Shown: positions 24,085 to 36,990 of the stretch, in pieces
Layout: each line of letters opens with the position of its first letter
Numbering within the stretch: the stretch's first letter is position 1
Translations under genes and position numbers: made by a program
Notes under the pieces: model-generated
Told to the model about the DNA's origin: nothing
What the model saw: the letters and a program-made list of their open reading frames with translations, nothing else
Databases searched by the model: none
Assembly (NCBI RefSeq): GCF_963921235.1
Contig: NC_086097.1
Coordinates: 35,404,001-35,468,000, forward strand
Direction: 5' to 3'
DNA length: 64,000 nucleotides
Source: Mobula hypostoma
Taxonomy: Eukaryota

Positions 24085-26175
24085 GTTACAGTTTTATAAA
24101 ACTCTGTTAATGTTGCCTGTCTAAAACACTTTGGTTAGACTATACTTGGAGTATTGCAATTTGTTCTGACTCCCTCATTATAGAAGGATGTGGAAACTTT
24201 AGAAAGGGCTCAGAGGAGTTTTACCAGTGTAGGGGGGTTTTGTCTCTTATGTTACTGCGTAGCCTAACTAAAATGGCTTCTTTGTTATGTTGTACTTGGG
24301 AATGCTTCTTTGTTATGTTAAATGCTGAGAAGGTCGTCCCGCTAGCGGTTTGTTGAATCATGTTACTGATAAGACGTTATGAACCAGTTGTTATGTTTTT
24401 GGTGTATTTGAAGATATTGTATGCGTGGGGTTTTGGGGCAGAAGGCGGGAGAGAGAGACAGAGGATGGACCAGGTGCTGTGATGTCTGCTAACCTTGTCG
24501 GACCCCGAGGAGGGCGTTCGGTGAGGAGAGGAGACGGAGACGGACTTGTGTGGAGCGCCTGGTCGACCACCGTTGTTGGTACCAGGCGGCTGGTCGAGGT
24601 AGTCTGAGGGGTCGCAGGGTGAAGAAGAAGGGTCCTGAGCGCCAACTGTTTGTGCACGAAGAAATTGAACTTTGATAAGTGTGGCGCCTTTTATTTTCCT
24701 TTTATATTTTATTCTCTATTAATTATATAGTTCCAGTAATATCTATAAACTGTAAATCATTTAATCATATCTGGTGTATTGTCTGTTATTTGGGCAGGGT
24801 GGGGTACATCACACAGCATCCACACAAACTAATTACCCAGTTTGGCGGGGCTGAGGTCTGTTTCCCTAGACGACAGCGAGCCGAGCGACCCTGAGGCTGG
24901 CCGGGGGCCTACACCAGGATGCCACCTCAATTAGGGAACATGTCTTATGAAGATAGTTTGAGTGAAGTAGGACTTTTCTCTTTGGATCGAAGGAGGGTGA
25001 GAGGTGATTTCATAGAAGTGTATAAGATTTTAAGTGGCATACATAGAGTGAACTGCCTGTACCTTCCTCCAGGTGGGCAAAGACTGATATCAGAGGACAT
25101 CCATTTCAGGTATGTGGAGGAAAGTTTAGGGGAGATGTCAGAGGTGGATTTTTTACACAGTGAGTGAATGGAATGTCTGCCGAGGGTGGTGCTAGAGACC
25201 GAATCAAAAGGGATATTTAAGACACTTTTAGGTAGGCACATGGATATCAGGAAATTGAGGGATATGGGTTGTGTAGGAGGAAGAGAGAAAGGTTAAATAT
25301 ATTGTGGAGTGGGTTAAAAGGTCAGCACAACATGTACAGAGAAATGGCAGATGGAGTTTAACCCAGTTTTATTTAGTGTTGCACCTTGGTATGTCAAATG
25401 CAAGGAGACAGAACACTGCTAAAGAGCAAGACCCTTAACAGTGTTGGTGAAAAGAGGGGTCTTGGGGTCTAATTTCATAGCATCCTGAAAGTGGCTACGC
25501 AGGTTGATAGGGTGGTTAAGAATGCTTATGGCATACTGGCCTGTATTAGTCAAGGTATTAAATTCAGAAGTCAGAAAGTATTGCATACAGTTCTGGTCAC
25601 CCCATTATAGGAAGGATATCGAGGCATTACAGAGGATGCAGAAGAGGTTTAGCAGGAGGTTACCTGGATTAGAGGGCATGTGCTATAATTAAAAGCTGGA
25701 CAAACATGGTTATTTTTTCTGGAGCGGCGAAGGCCGAGGGGAGATCTGAAATCTGGAACAGATTTATAAGATTATGAGAGGCATAGGTAGAGCAGACAGA
25801 AAATATCTTTTTCCAAGAGCTGTAATGTCTAATACCAGAGGGCATGCATTTAAGATGAGAGATGGTAATTTGAAAGGAGATGTGTGGGGCAAGTGTTTTT
25901 TTTTAACACAAAGCGTGGTGGGTGCTTGGAATGTGCTGCCTGGCGTGCTGGTAGAGGCTTGGCAGGGATGTTTAGTTAGGCACGTGAAAGTGAGGGGAAT
26001 GGAGAGATATGGATATTGAGCAGGCAAAAGAGATTGGTTTAGTTGGCCATTTGGTTGCTAATTTAATTAGTTCGGTGCCAGATTGTGGGCTGAAAGGCCT
26101 GTTCCTGTGCTGTACCTTTCTATGTTAACATCGTGGGTCAAATGGCCCATACTGTGCTCTACTGTTCTATATTCT
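24085..26175 (+). mobile_element. Tandem degraded CR1 3' fragments; the first is interrupted by a solo LTR
   Basis: L.RL.LEYC...RKDVE.LE..QR.FT|RM (split at the LTR), RGDFIEVYKIL, QFWSPHYRKDIEALQRMQKRF, TRGHAFK, VVGAWNVLP. Confidence 0.85.
24228..24913. mobile_element. Solo LTR, 686 bp
   Basis: TGTAGG...CCTACA termini. 4-bp TSD CCAG at 24224-24227 and 24914-24917. Removing it restores CR1 ...ttttaccaggatgcc. Confidence 0.9.
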
Positions 26176-26272
26176 ATTGTTGACTGAGAGATAAAAATTG
26201 GCCAAGACGTCAAGGATAACTTCTTTACCTTAATGATGTCATGTCCAAGTGAGAAAGCAGACGGAGCCTTAT
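26176..26272 (+). mobile_element. Deu-domain SINE fragment (AmnSINE1/SacSINE1-like)
   Basis: tgactgagagataaaaattggccaagac...ggataact...gagaaagcagacggagcct resembles the Deu-domain consensus as I recall it. Confidence 0.5.
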
Positions 26273-26289
26273 TCTTTTTAATATTAAAA

Positions 26290-26727
26290 TAAACTATTCA
26301 TCAAACTGCCCAGTGGATTATTGGCACCCAGTTGCCCGCCATTGAGAACATCTACCATAAATGCTGCCTGGGCAGGGCGAAAAGCATTACCAAGGATGCA
26401 TCTCACCCTAACAATGGACTTTTTACTCTCCTCTCGTCTGGTAGGCGCTACAGGAGCCTCCACTCCCACACCAGCAGGCACAGGAAGAGCTTCTTCCCTG
26501 AGGCTGTGACCCTGCTGAACCTCACATCACAGTGCTAAAATGTATTGCACCCATATTGTACTGTCTCAGTACTTTTATATTTGTGTGCTGTAGCACTTAC
26601 TTTTTATTCTCAGTTATTTTGTAAATAACACTATTCTTTGCATTTCTGGTCAGATGCTAACTGCATTTCATTGGCTTTGTATCTGTACTCGGCACAATGA
26701 CAATAAAGTTGAATCTAATCTAATCTA
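26290..26727 (+). mobile_element. Rex1/Babar-like LINE 3' end
   Basis: RAKSITKDASHPNNGLFTLLSSGRRYRSLHSHTSRHRKSFFPEAVTLLN, then AATAAA and an (aatct)n tail. Confidence 0.85.
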
Positions 26728-27499
26728 AAATATATTTACAAAAAGAAAAATAACAGAAAACTCTATAGTCTGAGATTGAGGCCTCCATTGGTCACAGTTG
26801 ACCAAGGATATTGTGTCCTGGCTGTCTAGATACTCAAGCCTAGGCAGTACAATATGGAGAACAATCTGTTGTCCATGTAGCAAGCTTCCCCTCTCTACAC
26901 ATCTGATGAACCCAAAGGAACGGCAGAGAGCAATACAGTCTGGTACCAGCAGTGTCGCAGGAGATGCCAGTCAGCATTGAACTCAACGTAGGACTGCCTT
27001 AGGGAATTCAGCTCTGGATTTTTCCCTCAGGGTTTACTCCCGAAGCCTTCCCCATCAGTGGGTGTAACTGCAAGGCAGCAGAGGTTTGAGATCAGAGTTT
27101 TCCTTCTCCTCGATGAGCTGACAACCATAGCTGGTGAGCCCCACCTACCTGAAATGACTGGTTTTAAGGCGCAGTAAACCGCCTTTGCTCCTTCTCCATC
27201 AGTCAAAGTAATTCCACTGGGTTTAGTAGCTAAGCCATATGTCAAGGCCAGGAGCTGAACTTGGTAGTCAGAGGCTATTTGAGGCACACACCATTGCGAG
27301 CATTTAATAGGTAGCGGGAGCTTGTTGACTATAACAACCTTCAGGAACCATAAGCATAAGAGATTCTCCAGATGCCTGAAAACCAAAGTAACAAGCATAC
27401 ATTCTTTGTGTCATTGAGTCAATACATCCAGACATATTAATACTTTCTTTCTAAACAATAGTACCATTGGACCCTTAGGGTGATACACTCTTTTATTGT

Positions 27500-27790
27500 T
27501 TGAGGGGCTTTGCCACGGGACTCGGCACCTCCAGACAGAAGGATCTCCATCACTATCCTTCCGGACAGAGCCTTTGTGTTGGCGGAACCAAGTTTCAGTG
27601 TATCCATCAGCATGTACTCCTGTAGCCTGGAATGTACCAGTTATCAGCATTTCCTGTGCTGGTCAGGCATTGTTCACAGAGCTGTTGATCTTCCAGCGGC
27701 AGTGTGTCTCCTTGGGAACAGTCTTTAGATCAGAGAGTTCACTGTTAGCCAGTTGCTTGGGATGAACTGAGTTCAAGATCTTTTCATCTT
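27500..27790 (-). mobile_element. Tx1/L1-like ORF2 C-terminal relic
   Basis: Minus-strand frames give ...CRWKINSSVNNA* and LVHSRLQEYMLMDTLKLGSANTKAL, resembling the C-terminus of Tx1-like LINEs. Frameshifted. Confidence 0.55.
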
Positions 27791-28151
27791 TAGCAAGAAG
27801 TGGGTGACTGTCTCCTCCCCACCACAGCTGTCCTAAGGGCAAAACGTTTTGGGGACCATACTTCGACTATGCAGGAAGGATCTGACTGGGACACCGCCCC
27901 CCCCCCGACCCCGTCATCGACTGAGCCTTATTTTCCTAAACAACTGAACCATGAAAAATGCAGCACTGAAATCTCCATCTGTGCTTAAGTTTCTGATATG
28001 TCTTGAATCAACCTCCTGATTCAGAGATGATTGCTAGCAAAGGTGCAGTAATTGACACCAAAATATTTATCCTTTGTTTTCCCTCAACACTTAGAAAATT
28101 ACCAACTGTAATATTTCAACTCACCACAGCAACCAAAGCCTTTGGAATAAG

Positions 28152-28339
28152 CAACACACATCAAAGTTGCTGGTGAATGCAGCAGGCCAGGCAGCATCTC
28201 TAGGAAGTCCTGATGAAGGGTCTCGGCCTGAAACGTCGACTGTACCTCTTCCTAGAGATGCTGCCTGGCCTGCTGCGTTCACCAGCAACTTTGATGTGTG
28301 TTGCTTGAATTTCCGGCATCTGCAGAATTCCTGTTGTTT
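28152..28339. mobile_element. Short PLE foldback insertion (188 bp) with a hammerhead in the loop
   Basis: 59-bp arms at 28149-28207 and 28248-28306 (1 mismatch). 14-bp TSD GCCTTTGGAATAAG at 28138-28151 and 28340-28353. Confidence 0.93.
28206..28241 (+). ncRNA. Minimal type I hammerhead ribozyme
   Basis: AGUC-CUGAUGA-AGG(GUCUCGG)CCU-GAAA-CGUC-GACU. Confidence 0.85.
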
Positions 28340-29084
28340 GCCTTTGGAATAAGATCATTGTGCACAACTCCCATTTATACCTGCCTTTAGGTTGGACTAC
28401 TTTAAAGCACTGAGGAACCGTCTGGGAAAGCAGCAGTGCAGGTGGTAAAATTAGGCAGGTGACAACTATAAGGACGGTAGTAATTTACTACGTAGATGAG
28501 AGTTGTGAGCATTCTGGTGTTTCTCAAAAGCCGGAGGCCAGAACACCGTGGATCAAAGTTAAAAATAGATTTCTGGGGTAGGAGGATTGTAGTTCATCTG
28601 GGAACCAATTGCAGGCAGGAATAGGTTTGAAACAGGATATATCTGTTCACATTCATGGTCAGCTTGTGCGTCATTAAACATTCCCAAGTGTAAAGTATGC
28701 AATTACTAATACATGATTTATAAGTAATTCTGGTTTCATAAAATAATAGGATTGAATTTCAGCAAACAAGTATTTTGCCACCATACCCCACTGGGAATTA
28801 TAATTTTTGCTGGAACAATAAAATGTGAAACTAATTTTCTATAAAAAGTTGCATCTAATTGTCAGAACTAATGAGAAGATCCATTAAGCTGTTACAGAGC
28901 TTATATGCAACGAAGCATTTATTTACTCTTTGAGGCTGGTAAATATACTTTTATTATTGGTTTTAAAGTTTTTGCTCTTTATTTCATTAGTGTTTGTGGA
29001 AGAAATGACTATGGGCATAACGATATTAATTAGTGAACATCACAGAGGTGCAGCTGATAATGCATCAGCATTTTCAGATCAAGT

Positions 29085-29518
29085 CAGCTCCATCTTGGGT
29101 ACTAGCCTTCAAAGTACCCAGAACTTCTTTAGGGAGCGGTGTCTCAGAAAGGCAGCGTCCATTATTAAGCACCTCCAGCACCCAGGGCATGCCCTTTTCT
29201 CACTGTCACCATCAGGTAGGAGGTACAGAAGCCTGAAGGCGCACACTCAGTGATTCAGGAACAGCTTCTTCCCCTCTGCCATCTGATTCTTAAATGGACA
29301 TTGAACCCATGACCACTACCTCACTTTTTAAATATATATTATTTCTGTTTTTGCACTATTTTTAAATCTATTCAATATACGTATACTTTAATTGATTTGC
29401 TTATTTATTTTTACTTTTTTTTCTTATATTTTATGTAATGCATTGAACTGCTGCTGTTAAGCTAACAACTTTCATGACACATATCAGTGATAATAAACCT
29501 GATTCTGATTCTGATTCT
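29085..29518 (+). mobile_element. Rex1/Babar-like LINE 3' end
   Basis: RCLRKAASIIKH.QHPGHALFSL.PSGRRYRSLKAHT, then AATAAA and a (gattct)n tail. Confidence 0.85.
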
Positions 29519-30713
29519 GGTGATGCATAGCTCCATGGACCTGGTACTGCTTGGGTGCAGATTGCATGTTCTCCCTGTGACCACTCAGGCCCACTTTCAG
29601 ACCTATTAATTAACTCAGGTTGTGGGAGATTCAGAAGTCTGTTGATGAGCACAGAGGGAATGAACTATAGGGAAATCAGTGCAGCAAGCAGGACTGATGG
29701 GTACGCCTTGAGAGCCAGTACAGACCCGATGAGCTAAATGGCTTCCTTCCAGAATGAAATATGAAGCTTTCTCCTTCAAAACACAAGAAAAAGACTTTAT
29801 TATCAAAAAGTAGTCTTTTCTTTAAAAACATTTAGTTTGACAACGGGAAAACTACCTTCTGAATTGCTATTGTGCTCTCATTTTCCACTACTTGTTTATT
29901 TATTTATTTATAAATCTTATTGTTCAAAGTTCAAAGTATATTTATTTTCAAAGTATATATACATTATCCAACTTTGAGATTTGTCTCCCTTCAAGCAGCC
30001 TCAAAAACAAGAACCCATAAAAAACCCTGACTAACTCACAATGTGCAGAAAGGGGGAGAAGAAGCAAATCGTGCAACCAGTAAAAGTAAGCAAATAACAT
30101 TTAGAATGAAAGTGAGTCCTCAGAATGAAGCTTGGAGCAGGCCCACGGCCTCATAGCAGGGAAGAGCGGAGTAAATGTCGTGGAGTAGCGAACAAAGCAG
30201 AATCCTAATGTAACTTATAGTAATTTTTATGTATTGTGTTATACTGTTGCTGCAAATCAACACATTTCATGATGTATGTCAACGATAATAAACCTCATTC
30301 TGATTCTGTCATAAGCTGTAAACCTTTACAATATTTTCCTCAAAACTCATGCAGCAATTTTTCTCCTTTATCCCAGTTCTCTCTAAATCCCTGTCAGCCT
30401 GTGGTCATTGTTAGGTGTTACTGATAGGGAGAAATGTTATTTAAGTTTCCATCCACTGTCAGCACTGGATATTTTTAGATTTCCTGTGACACGGCTGTGA
30501 TTTAACACAGTCACAAACATTATTGCAGTGAGAGTACCTCGCCTATCAGAATGGTGATTTTTATTTTAACATGTCACACACTGTGCCCTAAGAGTTTTGA
30601 TATATCCTCATGCTAGTATCATTAGGAAGTGGTTAAAGTCAGAGTCCGTACTACTAAGAAACTCACTTTCCTTTTCAATAACCATTAAGAATGGAGACAG
30701 CGGTAGTCATATA

Positions 30714-31256
30714 CATTCAATGGCCACTTTATTAGGTACCTCCTGTAGCCACTGAGTGTATCTTCGTGGACTTCTGATATAGCCCATCTATTTCAATGTT
30801 CGATGGGTTGTGCATTCTAAGATGTTCTTGTGCACAACACTGTTCTAATGTATGGTTATTTGAGTTATAGTGTCCTTCGGGGCAGCTTGACCTAGTCTGG
30901 CCATTCTTCTTTGACCTCTCTAACAAGGTATTTCTGCCCACAGAAATGCTCCTCACTTGATTTTTTTTTTGTTTCTCATGCCATCCTCTATGAACTCTAG
31001 AAACTCCTGTGCATGAAAATCCCAGGTGGTCAGTAATTTCTGAGATAATGAAACCACTCCATCTGGCACCAACAATTGTCCCACAGTTAAAGTTACTTAG
31101 ATCACATTTCTTCCTCATTCTGACAATTGGTCTGAACAACAACTGAACCTCTTGACCATGTCTGCATGCTTTTTACACATTGAGCTGCTGCCACACGATT
31201 GGCTGATTAGTTATTTTCATTAATGAACAGGTGTTCCTAATGACGTGACCACTGTG
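30714..31256 (-). mobile_element. Tc1/mariner internally deleted derivative
   Basis: TA flanks. Degraded TIRs CATTCAATGGCCACTTTATTAGG / CCTAATGACGTGACCACTGTG. Minus ORF MRKKCDLSNFNCGTIVGAR.SG..ISEI...LGFS...VSRV is a Tc1 N-terminal HTH. Confidence 0.85.
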
Positions 31257-32614
31257 TATATTTAACACTGTCACCCAGAAAAACCACAAGCCAAGTCCAC
31301 AAAGTGTCATCTCCAGTCTGGCTTTATACTGGAGATGCCGGTCTGTTCCCAACGCAAGATTAAATCAAGCTGGCATTTATTAGACAAAATAAAAACGTTA
31401 TACATGAAAATAATGCTACAGTATAAATAAACCTGTAACTTTGGGAGAAAAGCCTAGAAAAGACATGTCTGCTTTGTTATGATTTTGCACATTACAGTCA
31501 CAGACTCAAAATAATAGGTCACCCATTCTGGACGAAGATAAATGGAGATTTCGTCACCCAAGCTGTAGGGAATCTTTGGAAATTTTCGACTCAAGAGGGT
31601 TACTGAGGCTCAGACACTGAGTATATTTAAGATAGAGATGAAGAGAATTATAAATATTAAGGCAATCAAAGAATAGGTAGTGTTACAGGAAAACAGTGCT
31701 GTAGTTAAAGGTCACCTATGTCCTCATTATGTAGTGGAGGAGATGTGAGGGTCCAAATGGTTGCCTTCTGCTTCTGTTACTAGTGTTTTATGTTATAGTA
31801 TATCTCAGACAACCATGTTGATTCCCTTCATTCAATTTATGTTTTTATCTTGTTTGTGCCCACGAGAAAGTGAATTGCATTTGTATGATCAGAAAACCCT
31901 GGAAACACTCACCAGATGTGGCAGCATCTGTGGAAAGAAAAACACAGTTCATATTTTTGGTTAAAAACTCTTCATTAGAACTGATGCTGCCCAGGCACGT
32001 ATTTCCAGCACGTTTACTTTTAGTTCCGATTTATGCTATCAGCTGCTCTTTGATTTTGCATTTAAGTTATCTGATGGTTTTAACTCACCAAACTGAAGGT
32101 TTATTGAAGGGATATCACCCATTGTGGCAAAAGCAACTGAAGTGAGTGGCTTTGATGGTGGGTCAAAGGATGAGGGGGGGGCACAGAGGCTCAGTAGGTA
32201 GAATGATGTTGCAAGACTCAGGCAAGTGGGGTAAGCGGGCAGCAGAGAGGCCATCTCTCAAAATGAGCATCAGTATTAGTTCATTGATCCCGGCTTATGA
32301 AAATCCAAACAGATGCTGTAAATACACTTCATGTTCTTAACTCCTTGTTTGTTGATTTTTTTTCCCTGCTGATCTGTTTAGTGTTCCTCGTCAGGGCTTG
32401 TATCTCAGATGCAGAGGGACACAAGTCAGTATTAATGATATTGACTGTTGAAAATTTTTCGATTTTAGATTTATTCCTCCTGAACAATTTGAGTCATGGA
32501 TCCATTACGTTACAAAGCTCAGACACAGGCCCTTTGGCTCAACTTCTCCATGGTGACCAAGGTGCTAACTTGAACCAGTCCCATTTGCCTGAGTTTAGTC
32601 CGTGTCCTCAAAAT

Positions 32615-32694
32615 CAGGGCTCTGCAACCCAGAGTCCGCAGACCCTTTGCTTAATGATATGGGTCCAAGACATAAAAAAAGATGGTAACCACTG
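32615..32694. mobile_element. 80-bp hAT-type MITE (degraded)
   Basis: CAGGG...CTG ends. Reverse-complement match to the 80-bp element at 61952-62031. Confidence 0.75.
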
Positions 32695-32933
32695 TTTTAA
32701 ATCTTTCCTATCTACTGTATGTATCTGTCTAAATGCCTTTTAAATGTAGTAATTGTACCTGCCTCTTCCACTTCCATATACCCACCAGCCTCTGTGTGAA
32801 AAATTTGCCCCTCAACTCCCTTTGAACTATTCCCCATCTTACTTTAAACCTATATGAATGTGAGACTTCCAGTTTCAGATGGACCTGTCCTGGAAAAAGG
32901 ACTGAACATTGAATTTATCTACGCCAAATCTAT

Positions 32934-33792
32934 TGTTACGTACCCCGTAACTGGGTTGCCAAACCAGCAGAAATGGATCACTCAGTTGGAGTCTGGAGTA
33001 CTAGAACTAAGAAAGTTTTATTAAAGAAACAAGCAACACAGTAATCGAAAGGATAATAAATGCAACAGTTCAGTGATGATAAACACACATGTGCACAGAA
33101 TTAAGAAAACAGCATCAATCAAGCTCTATCGTTGTCTAGGGGTAAATGACCAATTTCAAAATGACTCAAAGTTCAGTCCAGTTAGTAGTTCAGTTCGCAG
33201 TAATCGTTGCCATGGCGATGGACAAGGTGGGGGAAGAGACAGAGAGAACAGGAACAACTGATCATTCAGAACGGCTTCACTCACAGACCAGCGAGATTGC
33301 TCACAAGCAACTTTTGGGCGGGTCCTTGGTGATGTCACCTGAGGTCACCGACTGTGACCCCTCCTCCAGATGCGGTCGATCCTCTGCAGTGAACCCGGCA
33401 CCCAGGCAAGGGCGGACACACACCGGGTTCCCGCTGATCGTACCTTTCCACCCTGGTCGTTGTCTGGTACTTCTCACCCACTCGTGAGAAGCGTACCGCT
33501 TCCAGGGTCTCGTTACCTCGGGTGGCGTGTGTCCCTGTCTTAGCGAACCTGTCCCTTTTTATCCCCCTGCTGGGGTATCGCCTGTCCATCACTTCAAACA
33601 GTTCAGGGTTCAAAGGGGGGAGCCGCTCCAGACAGCTCTCTCTCCCACATCCCTTCATTACACATCTCCAGACGCTGCTCCATTGTTCCTTATCTCTCCT
33701 TCCCCTGAGGGCAGGTGGCAGACCAACTGCTGATGCCACTGATGCTAGCCCAGGCCAGCAAACATCTTAATTTTATCTGTATTCTCGTAACA
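32934..33792 (-). mobile_element. Solo LTR, 859 bp (4-bp TSD, Gypsy-like)
   Basis: TGTTACG...CGTAACA termini. TSD CTAT at 32930-32933 and 33793-33796. AATAAA on the minus strand at ~33017-33022 suggests the orientation. Confidence 0.9.
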
Positions 33793-35074
33793 CTATCTAC
33801 TGGATGTTTTTGCTGGATGAGAGAAAAATCTAGGCAGATTCACTTAGTTATCCTGCTGTCCTGTTTAACTTCATTCTTTGGGCAACATATTCACACTGCC
33901 CAATAGATGCTGCTTGAACTGCTGAGTTGCTCCAGCGTTTGATGTGTTGCTACAGATGCACAGTTTGTATGAGCGGCTGCCTTGCAGCTCCTCCAATGCA
34001 GTGTACTCTTGATCTTCTGCATCGTCCATGTGGAGTTTCACTGTGACTTGGTATACTTTCCCTTGTGTCCCCTCGTGATCTAAAGGCATGAGGGTTGGTA
34101 GATCAATTAGTCACTGTAAACTGCACCCGGGTGTGTAGGTAGAATCTGTGGAGAATAACATATTGAAATTACTGTCAATAGGTTGTTAATGGTTGGCACA
34201 AACTTAATGGACCGAAAATCACGTTTCCATGTTGTATGACTATGTACCTAGTATGGGGAGTCTATATGATTCAGTGAGGAGAGGGTAATAGACAAGAGGT
34301 GATTATTACAGGATACAAAACACAGTGCTGAATTTCAGATACCTTGGTGTTCCTGGAGAGAGGTGAAAGGCAAATGGGGAAAGAGACGTTGATGGAAATT
34401 GACCTAGAATGTGCCAGAAATGTGACCTGTGGTAGAGATGGTGGAGATGCTGTCTCACAGCTCCAGTGATTCCGGTTCACATATGACCTTTGCTGGAGTC
34501 TGCACATTCTCCCTATTCCCATGTTGGTTCCCTCTGGGTGATCCAATTTCCAATCACACCCCAAAGACGTGCAGTTGAGTAAGTTAATTGCTATTGCTAA
34601 TTAATTACCCCTGGGTAGGCGGGTGATAGAATCTTGAGTGAGTTGATGGGAATAAGGGAAGAATAAGTTCTGGGGAAAATTAGCCCGGGTAATAGATTTG
34701 TTTTGTCAACCAGAGCTGAAACAGCATCGTTCTGTGCTGTAAGGAGAAATAAAAAAATTGAACACATGAGTAACTTCAGCAGCAATGAAGCTGCAGCAGG
34801 GTTGGAGCAAAATGAAATGGTGAAACTAAAGTACCCAGCTTTGCTGATGGAATCGGAGGCTTTATATTATGTTTCATAGGATACCAAGGCTTTGCACTGA
34901 CTAAGAGAGAACACTCATAGGAAACAGGAAATAGGAGAACAGGGTGGCCTTCAGGTCCGTTGGCCCTGCTCCGCCTTTCAATAAGATTGTGGCTGATCTG
35001 GCCATGGACTCAGCTTCACCTGTCTGCCCTTTCCCCATAACTCTTAATTCCCCCGCTACACAAAGATCTATCTA

Positions 35075-35402
35075 CTTACTTACTGTCTGTTATGCTGCTG
35101 GCATTTAGGGCAGCAATGAAGGTCCTACATCTCTGTTTGTACAGAAGGATTCTTCATTGCTGTTTCCATAACAATAGTATTTTAACCAGTTGAGCATTGT
35201 TAGCCCTGAGCTGAACCCCCAAATCTAGAGGACTGGTGGACCACTCTTAGCCTGGCCTTTACCCTTTGACCTATTTGGCATGAGTGACCCTACCAAGAGC
35301 CAAAGCATAAAGCCCTGACTCCAGACAACACAGCTCTCCAGATCATTGAGACACATAAGCCTCTACACCTTACGACAAGGTTGTGGTCCTGATAGAGGAA
35401 GA
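35075..35402 (-). mobile_element. Short RTE-related retroposon inserted in an antisense CR1
   Basis: (taag)n tail. Minus-strand RTFIAALNASS* resembles the RTE C-terminus. Direct repeat ATCTATCTA at 35066-35074 and 35403-35411. Confidence 0.6.
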
Positions 35403-35479
35403 ATCTATCTAACTGTGTCTTAAATATATTTAAGGAGGTAGCCTCTCCAGCTTCCCTGGCAGAGAATTCCACAGTGAAA

Positions 35480-35847
35480 TAGGTTAGGACTTTAGGAGAG
35501 TGAGAGAGATTTGATAGGTGTATGCAAAATTCCGAGGGGTATAGATAGAGTAAATGCAAGCAGGCTTTTTCCACTGAGGTTGCGTGTGCCTAGAACTAGA
35601 GGTCATAGGTTAAGGGTGAAAGGTGAGATGCTTAGGGAAAGCATCTCCAGTCAGAGGGTTGGGAGAGTGTGGAATGAGCTGCCAGCAGAAGTGTTGGATG
35701 CCTGTTTGATTGAAACATTTTAGAGAACATGGATGGGAGGGGTAATGGGGGTTATGGACCAGGTGCAGGTGATTGGGGCTAATTGTGTGGGCTGGCCTAG
35801 ATGGGCAGAAGGGTCTGCTTCTGTGCTGTAGAGCCCTATGACTCTAA
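35480..35847 (+). mobile_element. CR1 3' end nested in an antisense CR1 (34915-36030)
   Basis: DLIGVCKI.RGIDRVNASRLFPLR...RTRGHRLRVKG...RVGRVWNELP. Confidence 0.85.
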
Positions 35848-36699
35848 CTCTCTTCGCCTGAATCTTGAGGCTATGTCCCTAGATCTACCAGTGGAAGCAA
35901 CTTCCCTGCCGCTACCTTTTACAAGTTTATGTAAGTATAAGATCAGCTCTCATTCTTCTGAATTCCAGTGACTATCATCTCAGGCACCTCAATCTCTCCT
36001 CATACTTTAACCTTCTCATCTCTGGAATCATTATTCATTAGATTCCTTAGAAATGTATCATAACTTATGGTGGCAGCTAAAACTAAAGGTTTCATTCTTT
36101 CTGATACCCAGTCAGAGGTTCTCATTAATCCACAATTTCAAGTCTTTGATACTGCGTGCCAGCACAGAGGTTGAGGAAACTGGCCAAGCCTCATCAGCAA
36201 AATAAACCCAATAATGAGCGCCAGCTACCTGCCTTTTAATCGTTGGGGTATCGGCCTGCTATCGGAGAGCGGAGACTACCTTTCGAACGCTGGGAAATTC
36301 GCCCTGCTATCAGAGAGGGGGGACTGTCTTTTGATCGCTAGGGGATCACCCTGCTATTGGAGAGGGCAGAGACGGCTGCCGTGCCCGGAGAATGTTACTC
36401 AGGTTTTCTGCATTTCGGATATGGACTTCTTTTACAGTCTTATATTTTTTAATATTCTGTGTTTTTCACCTGATTTTTCTCACTTTTTTGTGTGCGAGGT
36501 GGGAGATTTGGGGGTTGATAATCGTGCTGCCGTGGTTTTGTGGCTATCAGGAGAAGAAAAATTTCAGAGTTGTATACTTGGATAATAAATGAACCTTCAA
36601 ACCTTTAATAATTTAATTTCCCAACACTGAATAACAAGCTTTATTGTTCCCTTAGGATTTAAGTCTAGGGCCTTTCCTCTTCCTCAATTTGCCCTTCTG

Positions 36700-36990
36700 A
36701 GGTTTTGCTTGGTGTGTGAATTGTTGTGAAAGAGGAAACAATCCACAGAAGGGAACCTGCAGAGGCCGGGAGAGAACCCTGACAGAGATACATAAACCAC
36801 ATTTGGTTAGTTATAGCGGAATGATTTGAGAAGTGAATATCAGACAGGTGAACAATAGTGTATTGACAGTTCTGAATGCTGGACACAGGTTGAATAGGAC
36901 GAGGAGGAACAACGCACCACTGTGACAGTCACAAAGGACCTTATTTATGTCTTGGGCCTCATTGTGATTAGAAAGGAAGTCAAGCAATAG
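36700..36990 (-). mobile_element. Ancient L2-like RT relic
   Basis: INKVLCDCHSGALFLLVLFNLCPAFRTVN resembles the L2 RT motif NDIL..D.G....LVLLDLSAAFDTVDH. Confidence 0.55.

Noticed and set aside
26790..27345. Hammerhead at CTGATGA (~26903) in a probable unclassified repeat
   Set aside because: No GAAA core at a suitable distance closing helix II, and no second copy in the window to classify it.
28391..28444. Possible plus-strand micro-exon (LDYFKALRNRLGKQQCR)
   Set aside because: Weak donor and no recognisable homologue.
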